Source: a virus
Taxonomy: Duplodnaviria > Caudoviricetes
DNA: 64,000 bases
Direction: 5' to 3' (one strand)
Virus record (IMG/VR): IMGVR_UViG_3300037408_000403
Location: 3,026-67,025 of that record
The notes below the pieces were generated by a model. It searched no databases, was not told the origin of the DNA, and saw only the letters and a list, made by a program, of their open reading frames with translations. Positions 46,256 to 55,177 of this stretch are shown piece by piece. Both the position numbers and the translations under genes were made by a program. Position 1 is the stretch's first letter. The number at the start of each line of letters is the position of its first letter.

Positions 46256-48764
46256 ACTGGCAGGAGGCATTGTCCGCAACCTCCCCGACAACAGGGTAGC
46301 CGATGGCACTATGCAGGAGATCATCAATCTCAGACCCAAGGACGGAGCATGGAGGCCTGTCGGCCCCAAGGAGGCAGTAGCACAGGCAGACCTCACTGAT
46401 ATCCTCTGCATCCACACCATAGATGATGAGACAAAGATCTATATCGGGAAGGAACTTGATGATATGATTTGGTATTTAACATACGTTGTGTATGTTAACG
46501 GAGTTGCCAATGCTGTAGCAGCACAGCTCATTGTTGTCGAAGAAACTGATGAGCTCCTCTTTAGTGCACTGCATCGGTCACTTCTCATCAGTAACATCAC
46601 CCAGGAAAAGATGGCGGTACTTGTGTACGACCCCACAACCCTGACATATAAAGTGTTCGAGGACGGATGGCCCGAAATACCAAGCATGGACTATACTGCT
46701 ACGTCTCCTGTTGGCGGCATTCCTTTCGCCTCCCCTGTGGATCTTACTGTAAGCGGTGCGGCTGATGCCCTTGCACAGGTCCTCGTGCAGATAGCAGATT
46801 CCAATCCGCATACCATCACGGGCCCTGTGGCATTTAGGTTTGCATGGGAGCTGGTAGATGGCACATTGGTCAAACACACTGCCCCTCTTAGTGTGGTTGC
46901 CTCAACTATTGATGAGAGTGCACCCGGAACAATTACATGGACTGGCGCATATCCTACATTTAGTAGCACGTTCTCCCAGGGTGAATACGAGGCAATAGTT
47001 AAGCCATATTCAGGCATCATTAAGTCTCTCAATGTATATGCTACCAGGCAACAGACACCAATAGAGGGCACTATTGATGACTGCCCGATATTTGCTGATC
47101 TGGACCTGAAGGACGAACAGTTCTATCTGATAGCAAGCGTCCCGGTTGATGATATGTTTGTCCTCAACCTTACTCTCATTGGATTTCTCGGGAGCCTTAA
47201 CTTTGTAGGCCTCGAGACCAGGCCGGCAATGACAACGGATAACTTCTCGCATCATGCCATCTTTGCAAAGTCAATGTTCCCATATAATAACAGGATCTTC
47301 TTGGGAAACGTGGGGGTAACACTTTATGAGGGCCCGAATCCCACAGAATGTATTGAGAGTGATACTGGTGGCGGATATGATGAATATGATGTTTACTTTC
47401 AGGTTGATGTTCACACTCAATCCGGGATAATGACCGTTGAATCCTCGTTCAGAACATTTCGTCTTAGCACAGTTGGCGGTGTTGTTACTTTCAATCTCAA
47501 GAGATATTATTCATATCCTGATGCCAGGGCCAAGACATTAAGGATCTATCTAAGACTGGGATCTACATATTATCTCGTCTCGAGCCTATCCTTAACAGCT
47601 AATGAGATGCTTAATTTTGCATTCTATAATGGTACAGGCATAGATAATGACGGCTATCTCCTCTATGGTATATATGAGTTCTCAGATACCCTTACTGCTT
47701 ATGAGGTGGCAGCAAGGACAGCACTGAACACCACGTACTACGATCAGAACCGGGTGCAGCTCACCGAACTTGATAACCCCTTTGTCTTCCCGGCCATCAA
47801 CAGCTACCGGATAGGGAATGGGAAGGTACTTGGCATGTCATCCAACTCAGTTGCTCTCTCTCAGGGCCAGTTTGGTCAGTTCCCAGTGTACTGCTTCACT
47901 ACCGATGGCATCTGGACCATGAACATCGGCAACGGAGATCCACTCATCACTAACATCGTGCCTCTCTCAAGGGAGGTGTGTAACAACGCTAGGAGCATAA
48001 CGATGATTGACGGAGGGACAGTATTTGCTACTGACAAGGGCCTTCTCATCATCACGGGTGTCGTTCCCTTCGAGATAAGCACCCTGGCAGAGGGACAATA
48101 CCTCTCACGGCTGACGGGGACCGTTAACTATGAGGCCATTGCCAATAATCCCAATCTGTACCAGGTGAGGAACTTCCTCTGCTCAACCGATATCCTTACG
48201 TATATTTCCGGGGCAAACATCGCCTGGGACTACATCAATAAGGAGATTATCGTCTGCAACCCATCGTATAACTATTCATGGGTGTACTCCGTGCCTCATA
48301 AAGTATGGTTCAAGATCTCAGAGGTGTGGATTCGGTTCGTGCCAGACTTCCCAAGAGTATATGGATACCGGGAGGTGACTGTTGATCAGACTACTACTCC
48401 GTATCTATGCGAGGTGTCTGAAGAGGATTTCACTGGTCTTATCACCATCCATCTTGAAACAAGGCCCATGAAGCTCTCTCCAAGGGCATACAAGAAGCTC
48501 AATCGCATGGTAGTAGGTGGTATCGTCAATGACTCCCTGGACCATCCTTTCAGTGTGAACCTCTTCGGTTCGGCAGATAGGATCATCTGGTACCTGCTTA
48601 ATGCAAGCAAGACCTTCAGCGAGAAGAGCCGCCTGATAATAGGCAGATCAACTCACTCATGCCAGTATTACATTCTGGTAATCGGAGGACAGGTGGATGA
48701 GGAAGCATACTTCACTCATATCGAGGTAGATTACGAGGAAAGATATTCGGACAAACTAAGGTAG
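46236..48764 (+). CDS. Tail nozzle/stabilisation protein (P22 gp10/T7 gp12-like)
   Basis: GTMQEIINLRP start, NRIFLGNV, GQFGQFPVYCFTTDGIW, FATDKGL beta-propeller-like strands; 842 aa. Confidence 0.7.
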   Translation: MAQQVIELAGGIVRNLPDNRVADGTMQEIINLRPKDGAWRPVGPKEAVAQADLTDILCIHTIDDETKIYIGKELDDMIWYLTYVVYVNGVANAVAAQLIVVEETDELLFSALHRSLLISNITQEKMAVLVYDPTTLTYKVFEDGWPEIPSMDYTATSPVGGIPFASPVDLTVSGAADALAQVLVQIADSNPHTITGPVAFRFAWELVDGTLVKHTAPLSVVASTIDESAPGTITWTGAYPTFSSTFSQGEYEAIVKPYSGIIKSLNVYATRQQTPIEGTIDDCPIFADLDLKDEQFYLIASVPVDDMFVLNLTLIGFLGSLNFVGLETRPAMTTDNFSHHAIFAKSMFPYNNRIFLGNVGVTLYEGPNPTECIESDTGGGYDEYDVYFQVDVHTQSGIMTVESSFRTFRLSTVGGVVTFNLKRYYSYPDARAKTLRIYLRLGSTYYLVSSLSLTANEMLNFAFYNGTGIDNDGYLLYGIYEFSDTLTAYEVAARTALNTTYYDQNRVQLTELDNPFVFPAINSYRIGNGKVLGMSSNSVALSQGQFGQFPVYCFTTDGIWTMNIGNGDPLITNIVPLSREVCNNARSITMIDGGTVFATDKGLLIITGVVPFEISTLAEGQYLSRLTGTVNYEAIANNPNLYQVRNFLCSTDILTYISGANIAWDYINKEIIVCNPSYNYSWVYSVPHKVWFKISEVWIRFVPDFPRVYGYREVTVDQTTTPYLCEVSEEDFTGLITIHLETRPMKLSPRAYKKLNRMVVGGIVNDSLDHPFSVNLFGSADRIIWYLLNASKTFSEKSRLIIGRSTHSCQYYILVIGGQVDEEAYFTHIEVDYEERYSDKLR

Positions 48765-48792
48765 CTTCCGAGCGAAAAGGCAGATAAGTTTG

Positions 48793-49038
48793 TTACTTTG
48801 TGACCTGAGCCGCCAGCTCCGGCTTCTTTGCAGCCTTTATAATGTTGGCTATCAACTCTTTGAGCTCACGGGTCTTATTCAGGACCTCTTTTCTCTGAGC
48901 TGAGGGCATCTCTGCAAACTCATCAGATGTAGAAAATTGCTCATAAAGGGTTGTTAAGCAATGGGTATATTCTGAGAGGTCTGCACGATTAAGAGTGAAG
49001 TCGGAGATAATTTGGACATACTGGGCTGACATTGACAA
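48793..49038 (-). CDS. Small helical hypothetical protein with its own promoter
   Basis: 81-aa ORF with TATATTTG 25 nt upstream. Confidence 0.6.
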   Translation of the reverse strand: MSMSAQYVQIISDFTLNRADLSEYTHCLTTLYEQFSTSDEFAEMPSAQRKEVLNKTRELKELIANIIKAAKKPELAAQVTK

Positions 49039-49063
49039 GATGATTTAAGGATTCTGACTCTGA

Positions 49064-49071
49064 CAAATATA
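49064..49071 (-). promoter_or_regulatory. -7 box (TATATTTG)
   Basis: Exact TAnnTTTG match upstream of 49038. Confidence 0.6.
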
Positions 49072-49137
49072 TGCAAAACATCAGTATTTACTTCATTGGT
49101 TCAGCAAATATTTTATGCCATTCGTCAAAATTATTTA

Positions 49138-49524
49138 TCACCCTTCCCCCTGGAATATCTCTCGTCCCTTGTAGGTGTTGTTGCGGCTGTTGAACCCATA
49201 GGAGAAAAGGAGGAGGTCATCGCATGCCTCAATGAAGTTGTGACCATAGCCCTTGCCCAGGTAGGTGTCAGGCTCACGTTTGAATCCCAGGCAGATCCTT
49301 CTCTTTCCCCTGGCATAGAGGTGGTACACATGAACCACCTTCTTCTCTGCTATCCTGCGAGTGATATCGGCAGCGACAGATACAAAGTGTTCTCTCTGCT
49401 CCTGTGAGAGGTCCCAGGCAGGTTTGTTTCCCATGCCGGCTGTCCTGATAAACTTCGCCAGTAGCTCAAGCTGGTACTCTTCGCCCTCTATGAGGACTGA
49501 GAGATGGTCGTAGGCTATTCTCAT
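49138..49524 (-). CDS. Hypothetical protein
   Basis: Start chosen at MRIAYD, after a purine-rich AGGAGAGAGCAA. Confidence 0.55.
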   Translation of the reverse strand: MRIAYDHLSVLIEGEEYQLELLAKFIRTAGMGNKPAWDLSQEQREHFVSVAADITRRIAEKKVVHVYHLYARGKRRICLGFKREPDTYLGKGYGHNFIEACDDLLLFSYGFNSRNNTYKGREIFQGEG

Positions 49525-49537
49525 TTGCTCTCTCCTT

Positions 49538-49708
49538 TCAATTAATATTACACTTATCTCCAACCAAGTCTGCTACAGCTTGTAAGTCAACTATTACATT
49601 GCGGTCTGTTATAATCCAATAGACTACCCATAGAAATGTTACAGTTATAACAAAAGACAAGGCTACTATTATTAACATACACAATAACCATACTAATCTT
49701 CGTATCAT
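49538..49708 (-). CDS. 56-aa membrane peptide (below the ORF-track cut-off)
   Basis: Translated by hand, MIRRLVWLLCMLIIVALSFVITVTFLWVVYWII...; ATGA-coupled. Confidence 0.55.
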   Translation of the reverse strand: MIRRLVWLLCMLIIVALSFVITVTFLWVVYWIITDRNVIVDLQAVADLVGDKCNIN

Positions 49709-49959
49709 TTCTCTCCTCCTAATAATTTATCTTGCTCTGACTCATATACTCCTAATAATATATCTCGCTCTGCCTCATATCTTCCATCACCACGCAAATA
49801 ACTTATTGCATTCCATAAGTCATCTAAGACGATAGTCCCAAGTGGTAATAAGTTACCCTTACCATCTTTTAGACCCGATAGATAAATTGCCAATTTCGAT
49901 AATGATTCTGTATTAATCTTTATCTTATGGTAATTACATTTATTTGCCTCGTTGTTCAT
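49705..49959 (-). CDS. Hypothetical protein
   Basis: ATGA-coupled at both ends; ends GGEK. Confidence 0.55.
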   Translation of the reverse strand: MNNEANKCNYHKIKINTESLSKLAIYLSGLKDGKGNLLPLGTIVLDDLWNAISYLRGDGRYEAERDILLGVYESEQDKLLGGEK

Positions 49960-49971
49960 TTCTCTCCTCCT
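49705..49971. repeat. 16-bp direct repeat TCATTTCTCTCCTCCT at 49705-49720 and 49956-49971, forming gene junctions
   Basis: Exact match; reads AGGAGGAGAGAAATGA on the coding strand; a degenerate third copy lies near 49521-49540. Confidence 0.8.
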
Positions 49972-50066
49972 TTCATAGTTCTACTAAACCATTCTATCGT
50001 TGCTTTCCGTCTATATGACCTATATATTGGAAAGTATTTTTCTGCAAATTCTTCTTCTGCTTTCAT
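49956..50066 (-). CDS. 36-aa hypothetical peptide (below the ORF-track cut-off)
   Basis: Translated by hand, MKAEEEF...MKGGEK; coupled to the next gene. Confidence 0.45.
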   Translation of the reverse strand: MKAEEEFAEKYFPIYRSYRRKATIEWFSRTMKGGEK

Positions 50067-50116
50067 AATTTCTTACTCTGGTTTTATATGAATACCTTTA
50101 GTTGCTATATAAGTAG

Positions 50117-50389
50117 TTATGCCCCATTGCTGGAATACCAGTCATCTAAGGCTTTCACATTTCCAAAATCACATTCTTTCCCTCGCTCAATTCTGCTTAT
50201 AGTGGCTGGACTTACATTAGTTTCCTTTGCCACATCTCGCAACGATAGTTTTAACCTTACCCTACGCTCTTTGAAAGAAAGCAACGAGGGCATAACATTG
50301 TATAAACTCAAAAGCAGAGATACTGCTTCGCTTCGAGTTATGTTATGCTTCAAAAGTTCGTCTATCGTATGTAATATTTTTTGTTCCAT
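50117..50389 (-). CDS. XRE-family HTH regulator
   Basis: ERRVRLKLSLRDVAKETNVSPATISRIERG. Confidence 0.85.
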   Translation of the reverse strand: MEQKILHTIDELLKHNITRSEAVSLLLSLYNVMPSLLSFKERRVRLKLSLRDVAKETNVSPATISRIERGKECDFGNVKALDDWYSSNGA

Positions 50390-50424
50390 CGGCTTCTAAG
50401 TTTATACTTGTCCGTTAGGCACAA

Positions 50425-50706
50425 TTAAGCCCGTGCAAAGTTTTTCATAATCATACCAGCCTCGCCATCACATGTAAGCTCAATGCAGGTGGAGTATTTT
50501 TCATCCATCCAAGGCGTTTTGGCGTTTGCTGTTTTTTTACTTAAAAACTCACCCCTATTCTCCTCACCTGCATTTTCGCTGGCAATCTTACGGGCTTCGG
50601 CTTCCGTTTCTGCTCGCACTATAAATCCAAAGGCTTTATCGTACCAAGGGTACCAAGGGTTATCGTCTTTTAAGTTTTTTACTGGTCTTAGTTCAAATAT
50701 TTTCAT
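50425..50706 (-). CDS. Hypothetical phage protein
   Basis: WYDKAFGFIVRAETEAEARKIA motif. Confidence 0.6.
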   Translation of the reverse strand: MKIFELRPVKNLKDDNPWYPWYDKAFGFIVRAETEAEARKIASENAGEENRGEFLSKKTANAKTPWMDEKYSTCIELTCDGEAGMIMKNFARA

Positions 50707-50841
50707 AATAAACTGTGCCTAGTAATGTATATAGCAAATAGCCGTGTCAGGCATTTTAGAAACTATTTGCGGTTTATTAATATTTGTAATTCTAATCAAC
50801 ATTTGTGTTCGGCTACTTGCCATATACCCATACGTTAGCGA

Positions 50842-51264
50842 TCACTGTTTGATAAAGAATATCGCAACTACTTCACTGGTCATTGTGAATCCCACATAGT
50901 AACCTGCTTTGTCCCATGAGAAATACAATTCAGAGCTACCAGCTCTTAATGATGAATTAAGGCTTCCGTAATCAGTCAGTCCGTCAACATAAGATGCAAG
51001 AAGGACATCTTTTTTATAGGCATTGTCAACATCAAGATCGTTCAGCTCCATTATCTCCCCGAATTTTTCAAGGCAGTGCTTTATTCCTACTGGTGTTTGA
51101 GCAAACGGCATTATGTACCCTTCATTTGTTTTGTAGAGTAACTCATCTTTTACTACATCAGCTTTGTCAAGTGAAAGTGCAGATGAGAAATTTACTCCGA
51201 GGATCTGTGCCTGTGATGCTGCAGAGAGCATCATTACGATTGAAATGATAATCAGTTTTTTCAT
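50842..51264 (-). CDS. Secreted hypothetical protein
   Basis: MKKLIIISIVMMLSAASQA|Q signal peptide. Confidence 0.65.
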   Translation of the reverse strand: MKKLIIISIVMMLSAASQAQILGVNFSSALSLDKADVVKDELLYKTNEGYIMPFAQTPVGIKHCLEKFGEIMELNDLDVDNAYKKDVLLASYVDGLTDYGSLNSSLRAGSSELYFSWDKAGYYVGFTMTSEVVAIFFIKQ

Positions 51265-51274
51265 AGTTTAGGTT

Positions 51275-51862
51275 TTATAACATTACTTCATAGTAGTCAA
51301 TGTGTTCAAAGAAAAGCCTCATGAATGGTCTTACTCCTTTGAGGTAGAAGCCAGAGTTGCGCCATAGGCGGTGCCTCTCATAGCTGATGATCCTGTACCC
51401 TGCCCTCTGGAGCAGTAATCCCATGCGGTACCGGTCTATCTCGTGGTAGTGGCCCTCCCACCATAAGAACTTGGGCTTATTGGGCAAGATAATAAACATC
51501 TTCGAGGCTTTGTGCATCACCTTGCGGATCTGTAACAGGGCATGCAGAGGATTGAAGAGGTGTTCGATGGTGTGAGAGAAGAGGATGTAATCATACTTTA
51601 TCGCTCCTCCCAGGGGAATCACATCTAAGTCTCCATAGGTGTTCTCTATCCTCAGATATTGAAACTTCTCTTTTATCCTTCGTGTGAGGGGGCTCTCTCT
51701 GCCTATGTCCAGCATCCGATTATTGGAAAAAACGCCATAAGCACTCTCCATGAAGGTATCAAGCCTCCCTTCCAGGTATTTTAGGGTTAATTTTATCCCG
51801 TTCTCTGTCTGCTCTGTCTCGATGAACGGGTCACGGGAGAGCTCTGCTACTTCTTTCTGCAT
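51275..51862 (-). CDS. Class I SAM-dependent methyltransferase (Methyltransf_11/23-like)
   Basis: MLDIG, GDLD, YDYILFSHTIEHLFNP...FIILPN...HYHE. Confidence 0.75.
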   Translation of the reverse strand: MQKEVAELSRDPFIETEQTENGIKLTLKYLEGRLDTFMESAYGVFSNNRMLDIGRESPLTRRIKEKFQYLRIENTYGDLDVIPLGGAIKYDYILFSHTIEHLFNPLHALLQIRKVMHKASKMFIILPNKPKFLWWEGHYHEIDRYRMGLLLQRAGYRIISYERHRLWRNSGFYLKGVRPFMRLFFEHIDYYEVML

Positions 51863-52095
51863 TTCAGTTCTTGTGTTAAGGTGAAACATTTCTCTGTGAT
51901 GGTGAATGTGTGCTTCTGTTCAAGCTGCTGGATCTCCTCTGCCGACCATCCGCATCTGATGGGATCTGTCGTGACGATCTGCTCTATGCGGTCGCAATAC
52001 TCTTTTGTCTCTGTGGTCTTGCAGACGTAACAGTCAGAAAAGTATGGCTCATCACATGAGAGCAGCAGCATCAGGAGCAGGGGGAGTTTTCTCAT
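51847..52095 (-). CDS. Small Cys-rich lipoprotein
   Basis: MRKLPLLLMLLLS-C lipobox; CYVC and further Cys residues. Confidence 0.6.
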   Translation of the reverse strand: MRKLPLLLMLLLSCDEPYFSDCYVCKTTETKEYCDRIEQIVTTDPIRCGWSAEEIQQLEQKHTFTITEKCFTLTQELKCRKK

Positions 52096-52514
52096 GTCAA
52101 GTGTTTTGTTTTAGTTATCGTTTCGTCATAGACAATGAATGAAGAGGCTACGGTAATTACGGCCAGGATGCAGATGATCCCTACCACTGTGACATCAGGG
52201 ACCTTGAGCCAGTATCCTGCGAGGAGAGCTATCGCCCCAAGGATTGCCACAATGATAAACCATTTCCGGGCCCTGGGGAACAGGGGCTTCTCTTCGGGTT
52301 CCTCTGCTGCATGAGTCATCTGGTCCCATAGACCACCTGTTTTAAATGGCGGCTCTGATTGGCGTGTTCCAAACATGGCCTGTTTCTCCTGGGCCCTTCT
52401 CATGCGGTACCGTGCCTTGATCGCTTCAACCTCACAGAAATTATCCCCAGTCAGGATCTCGATCTCCATCTTGAGCTCCCGGATCTCTTTCAGTCGTGCC
52501 TGGTAGCTGGTCAT
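52092..52514 (-). CDS. Hypothetical membrane protein (two C-terminal TMs)
   Basis: Hydrophobic hairpin near the C-terminus; ATGA-coupled. Confidence 0.6.
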   Translation of the reverse strand: MTSYQARLKEIRELKMEIEILTGDNFCEVEAIKARYRMRRAQEKQAMFGTRQSEPPFKTGGLWDQMTHAAEEPEEKPLFPRARKWFIIVAILGAIALLAGYWLKVPDVTVVGIICILAVITVASSFIVYDETITKTKHLT

Positions 52515-52924
52515 AGTGTTAGTGTTAGTTGTCCTTTAAGTTTCGATTCCTTGATTGTGTGGTCCCGGTGCTTCCGGTCATAGCGGTTGTGGCATCTCTG
52601 ACACCAGAATCGGAGATTGGTATCAACATTATTCTCCGGGTTGTGGTCCAGGTGCGCAGTAGTACAGACCACTTTTATGAAGCGCACATTGCCCTCTAAG
52701 TCTCCAACATAGTTCTGTGTGATAATCCTGCCGTCCGCAGCACTAAATATTGCCCCGTTATCATCTTGGTAAACATCTATCCCATTCCACCTACCCCTGC
52801 AGATAAATGAATGGTTCTGTACTTTGCACTGTTCACACTTATTACCTGCCCTCTGCCTTGTCCTCTCCCGGATCTCGGGCCAGTTCTTAGGGTACCTGTG
52901 CTTATTCTCGGGTTTGATGGGCAT
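52511..52924 (-). CDS. HNH endonuclease-like protein
   Basis: CEQC...TTAHLDHNPENN...NLRFWCQRCHNRYD. Confidence 0.8.
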   Translation of the reverse strand: MPIKPENKHRYPKNWPEIRERTRQRAGNKCEQCKVQNHSFICRGRWNGIDVYQDDNGAIFSAADGRIITQNYVGDLEGNVRFIKVVCTTAHLDHNPENNVDTNLRFWCQRCHNRYDRKHRDHTIKESKLKGQLTLTL

Positions 52925-52926
52925 AT

Positions 52927-53130
52927 TTAGGGCTTCAGCTTGTTATCCTCGATCCATATAGCATGCCGGGCCTTGTTGAAGATATTGCCGGCTACATAGA
53001 TGGCACATCCGGCAAGCCAGAATGCCGCATAATCAAGTTTCCCCATCAGATACATGACAAGGATTGCGATGGTGCATCCCAGGAATAGCAGGTCCACCGT
53101 CTGTCTCAGAATTGATTTTAATAGTCTCAT
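52927..53130 (-). CDS. Small membrane protein
   Basis: Two hydrophobic helices. Confidence 0.5.
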   Translation of the reverse strand: MRLLKSILRQTVDLLFLGCTIAILVMYLMGKLDYAAFWLAGCAIYVAGNIFNKARHAIWIEDNKLKP

Positions 53131-53147
53131 TATTTCGTTATATTTAG

Positions 53148-54020
53148 TTATTCACACAGTCCATAAAAACTCATACAGCTTTGCTCTTCATCACCAAACA
53201 GGCCACCCATAGGGAGTTTATGTGTCACATACTTAATTACATCAGGTAATAAGGGATAGGCACCTTTGTAGGCCCATGATGGGATTGAATCAGGCCCGAA
53301 AAACGTACTGCCAGCTTCCACTTCATATCTGCATATCTCCGCAAGTCTGTCGGGGAAGAATTTTGCCAGACTTCTTATGTCAACATTATTAGCCATTATA
53401 CAGGGGAAGCAACCCACTCTTTTCATGCCCATGCTATAAAGCGGATTGGGGCTCATTCCATTGCTAATTATGTAATCAATTACCTGTTGTCCCGACCAAT
53501 CGAATACAGGCCTTATAATATCGTCAGCATGATTTTCCCTAAACCGGAGTATCTCTTTTTTTCTATAAGTGTGATACTTGTCCTTTCCCGTTTTATCTTT
53601 TCCATAAGGATGCACATAGTATTTAAAGTAAGTACATTGCGCACTCATCTTAGATCTTGAGATGCTCTCGGCCTTGCGAATACCTTGAATGATCACAACA
53701 TCATCATTTATTTCATCAAGGATGTAGTCTATCATTGGCTTGCTTTTCAGTTCCTCGGTGCAAAACCTGGCTCGTACTGACGGAAATCGCTTCTTCTTTT
53801 TTGCTAAATCATAGAAGCCCTCATACTTTTTACTCTTTAAGGTAACTATATTTAGCCCCAAGTCTCGACCAACCTGCTCTATGTGCTTATAAGTGATGTC
53901 GCTCTCCCAACCTGTATCGCAGAAAACTGTGATGAAATCCTTTGTGATATTGTTCCTGGTCCAAATGAGAGATGCGAGTGAGTCCTTCCCTCCAGAGAAT
54001 TGTACTATTATTTTTGCCAT
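53148..54020 (-). CDS. PAPS-reductase-family protein
   Basis: FSGGKDS PP-loop, FCDTGWE, RFCTEELK, GIRKAES..R, RVGCFPC. Confidence 0.88.
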   Translation of the reverse strand: MAKIIVQFSGGKDSLASLIWTRNNITKDFITVFCDTGWESDITYKHIEQVGRDLGLNIVTLKSKKYEGFYDLAKKKKRFPSVRARFCTEELKSKPMIDYILDEINDDVVIIQGIRKAESISRSKMSAQCTYFKYYVHPYGKDKTGKDKYHTYRKKEILRFRENHADDIIRPVFDWSGQQVIDYIISNGMSPNPLYSMGMKRVGCFPCIMANNVDIRSLAKFFPDRLAEICRYEVEAGSTFFGPDSIPSWAYKGAYPLLPDVIKYVTHKLPMGGLFGDEEQSCMSFYGLCE

Positions 54021-54054
54021 TTGTCGTACTTCAGTTATGTAGTAAATTTCGTTG

Positions 54055-54555
54055 CTATGCCACCAGAGTTAAGGCGTGTATCAGTTTCTCCTCCTCTGTG
54101 GTATCAGTATAAGCCCCGGGGAGAGATCGGGCCTCTGAGGGGCTATTTTCGCTTTCCGGGGGAAGAAGGCCCAATAATCTTGCAGCTCTCTCGGTGTCTG
54201 CCCTGTGCTTCTGTACTTCCATGCGGTACTCTGCTATGACCTGTGCAAACCTGGCCCTGAACTCTCTGTCAGTGTCAATCAGATTGCTGACTACCTTGCG
54301 GCAGTGCAGGGCGGTGGCATGGTTAAGGCTTATCTCTCTTCCTATCTTGGATGGTCCCCAGTGCTCAAGCTCCCACAGGGCAGTTACAAATGCTTGCCGT
54401 GCTGTCACGATAGGCCTCTTGCGAGTCTTTGAGAATATTTCTTTCTCCTCCACACTGAAGATCCTGCATACGATCCCCTTGAGTGTATGATGAATGTTGA
54501 AGGGCAGTAGCCTTTTAATATCTACTCCCGGAATGATGTAAGGTGATATCGCCAT
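54055..54555 (-). CDS. DnaA C-terminal-like HTH protein
   Basis: IFSKTRKRPIVTARQ...IGREISLNHATALH. Confidence 0.75.
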   Translation of the reverse strand: MAISPYIIPGVDIKRLLPFNIHHTLKGIVCRIFSVEEKEIFSKTRKRPIVTARQAFVTALWELEHWGPSKIGREISLNHATALHCRKVVSNLIDTDREFRARFAQVIAEYRMEVQKHRADTERAARLLGLLPPESENSPSEARSLPGAYTDTTEEEKLIHALTLVA

Positions 54556-55177
54556 AGTTGTGATTGTTAAAATGAGTTAAGTAGTCTGTTATTGAAGTGC
54601 CGTTACGGTCCCTGGCATCGTGGCCGGCAGCGAAATAGTTCTTCACTCCGTATGCTCCTGCCAGGTGTGCTGCGGCAAGTACACCTGCTCTATTGGTCGT
54701 TGTATCGAGGATATCTGATAGCACCCTCTCATTCCATGCGAGCAGTTTCATCATGGCTTCTCTCTGTGTCTCCACCGGGAAGCATGAAGGATCTGTCCTG
54801 AACCTCTCGGCAGTGATGTCATAGCCGAGGGTCCTTAGTGTATTCTCCGTGAATTGCCACAGGCCCATAGCTCCTATGACGTTGATGGTGTCCCACACCA
54901 TCGAGCTCTCTTTCATTGCCAGGTCGGTAAGAAAGATCTCAAGCGATCTGTCAGCCATTAGCTGAAGGTACTCGTGTACTGGTTCCTCAGCATCATGACT
55001 GACTATCTCTCCCGGTGCCATTATTGGCACTGTCAGAAGAAACAGGATCATCATGGTAATTGATTTCTTCATCTTGTGTTCGTTTTGTTTACAATAGCCG
55101 CATGGCTCTTCCATGCCGCACATTCCTGAGCAGTCAGAGGCCCAGCGCAAAAGGAATAACAGCATCCTGCGGATCAT
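54515..55177 (-). CDS. Lysozyme-like/lytic transglycosylase with an N-terminal hydrophobic anchor
   Basis: LAMKESS catalytic Glu, GAMGLWQF, AAAHLAG; start at 55177 (coupled) or 55072. Confidence 0.7.
   Translation of the reverse strand: MIRRMLLFLLRWASDCSGMCGMEEPCGYCKQNEHKMKKSITMMILFLLTVPIMAPGEIVSHDAEEPVHEYLQLMADRSLEIFLTDLAMKESSMVWDTINVIGAMGLWQFTENTLRTLGYDITAERFRTDPSCFPVETQREAMMKLLAWNERVLSDILDTTTNRAGVLAAAHLAGAYGVKNYFAAGHDARDRNGTSITDYLTHFNNHNYGDITLHHSGSRY

Noticed and set aside
177-49084. Shared motif T(T/G)(G/C)AAAACAT(C/T)A near three promoters (177-189, 20391-20403, 49072-49084)
   Set aside because: Short and AT-rich, with inconsistent spacing and orientation relative to the -7 boxes; could be chance.
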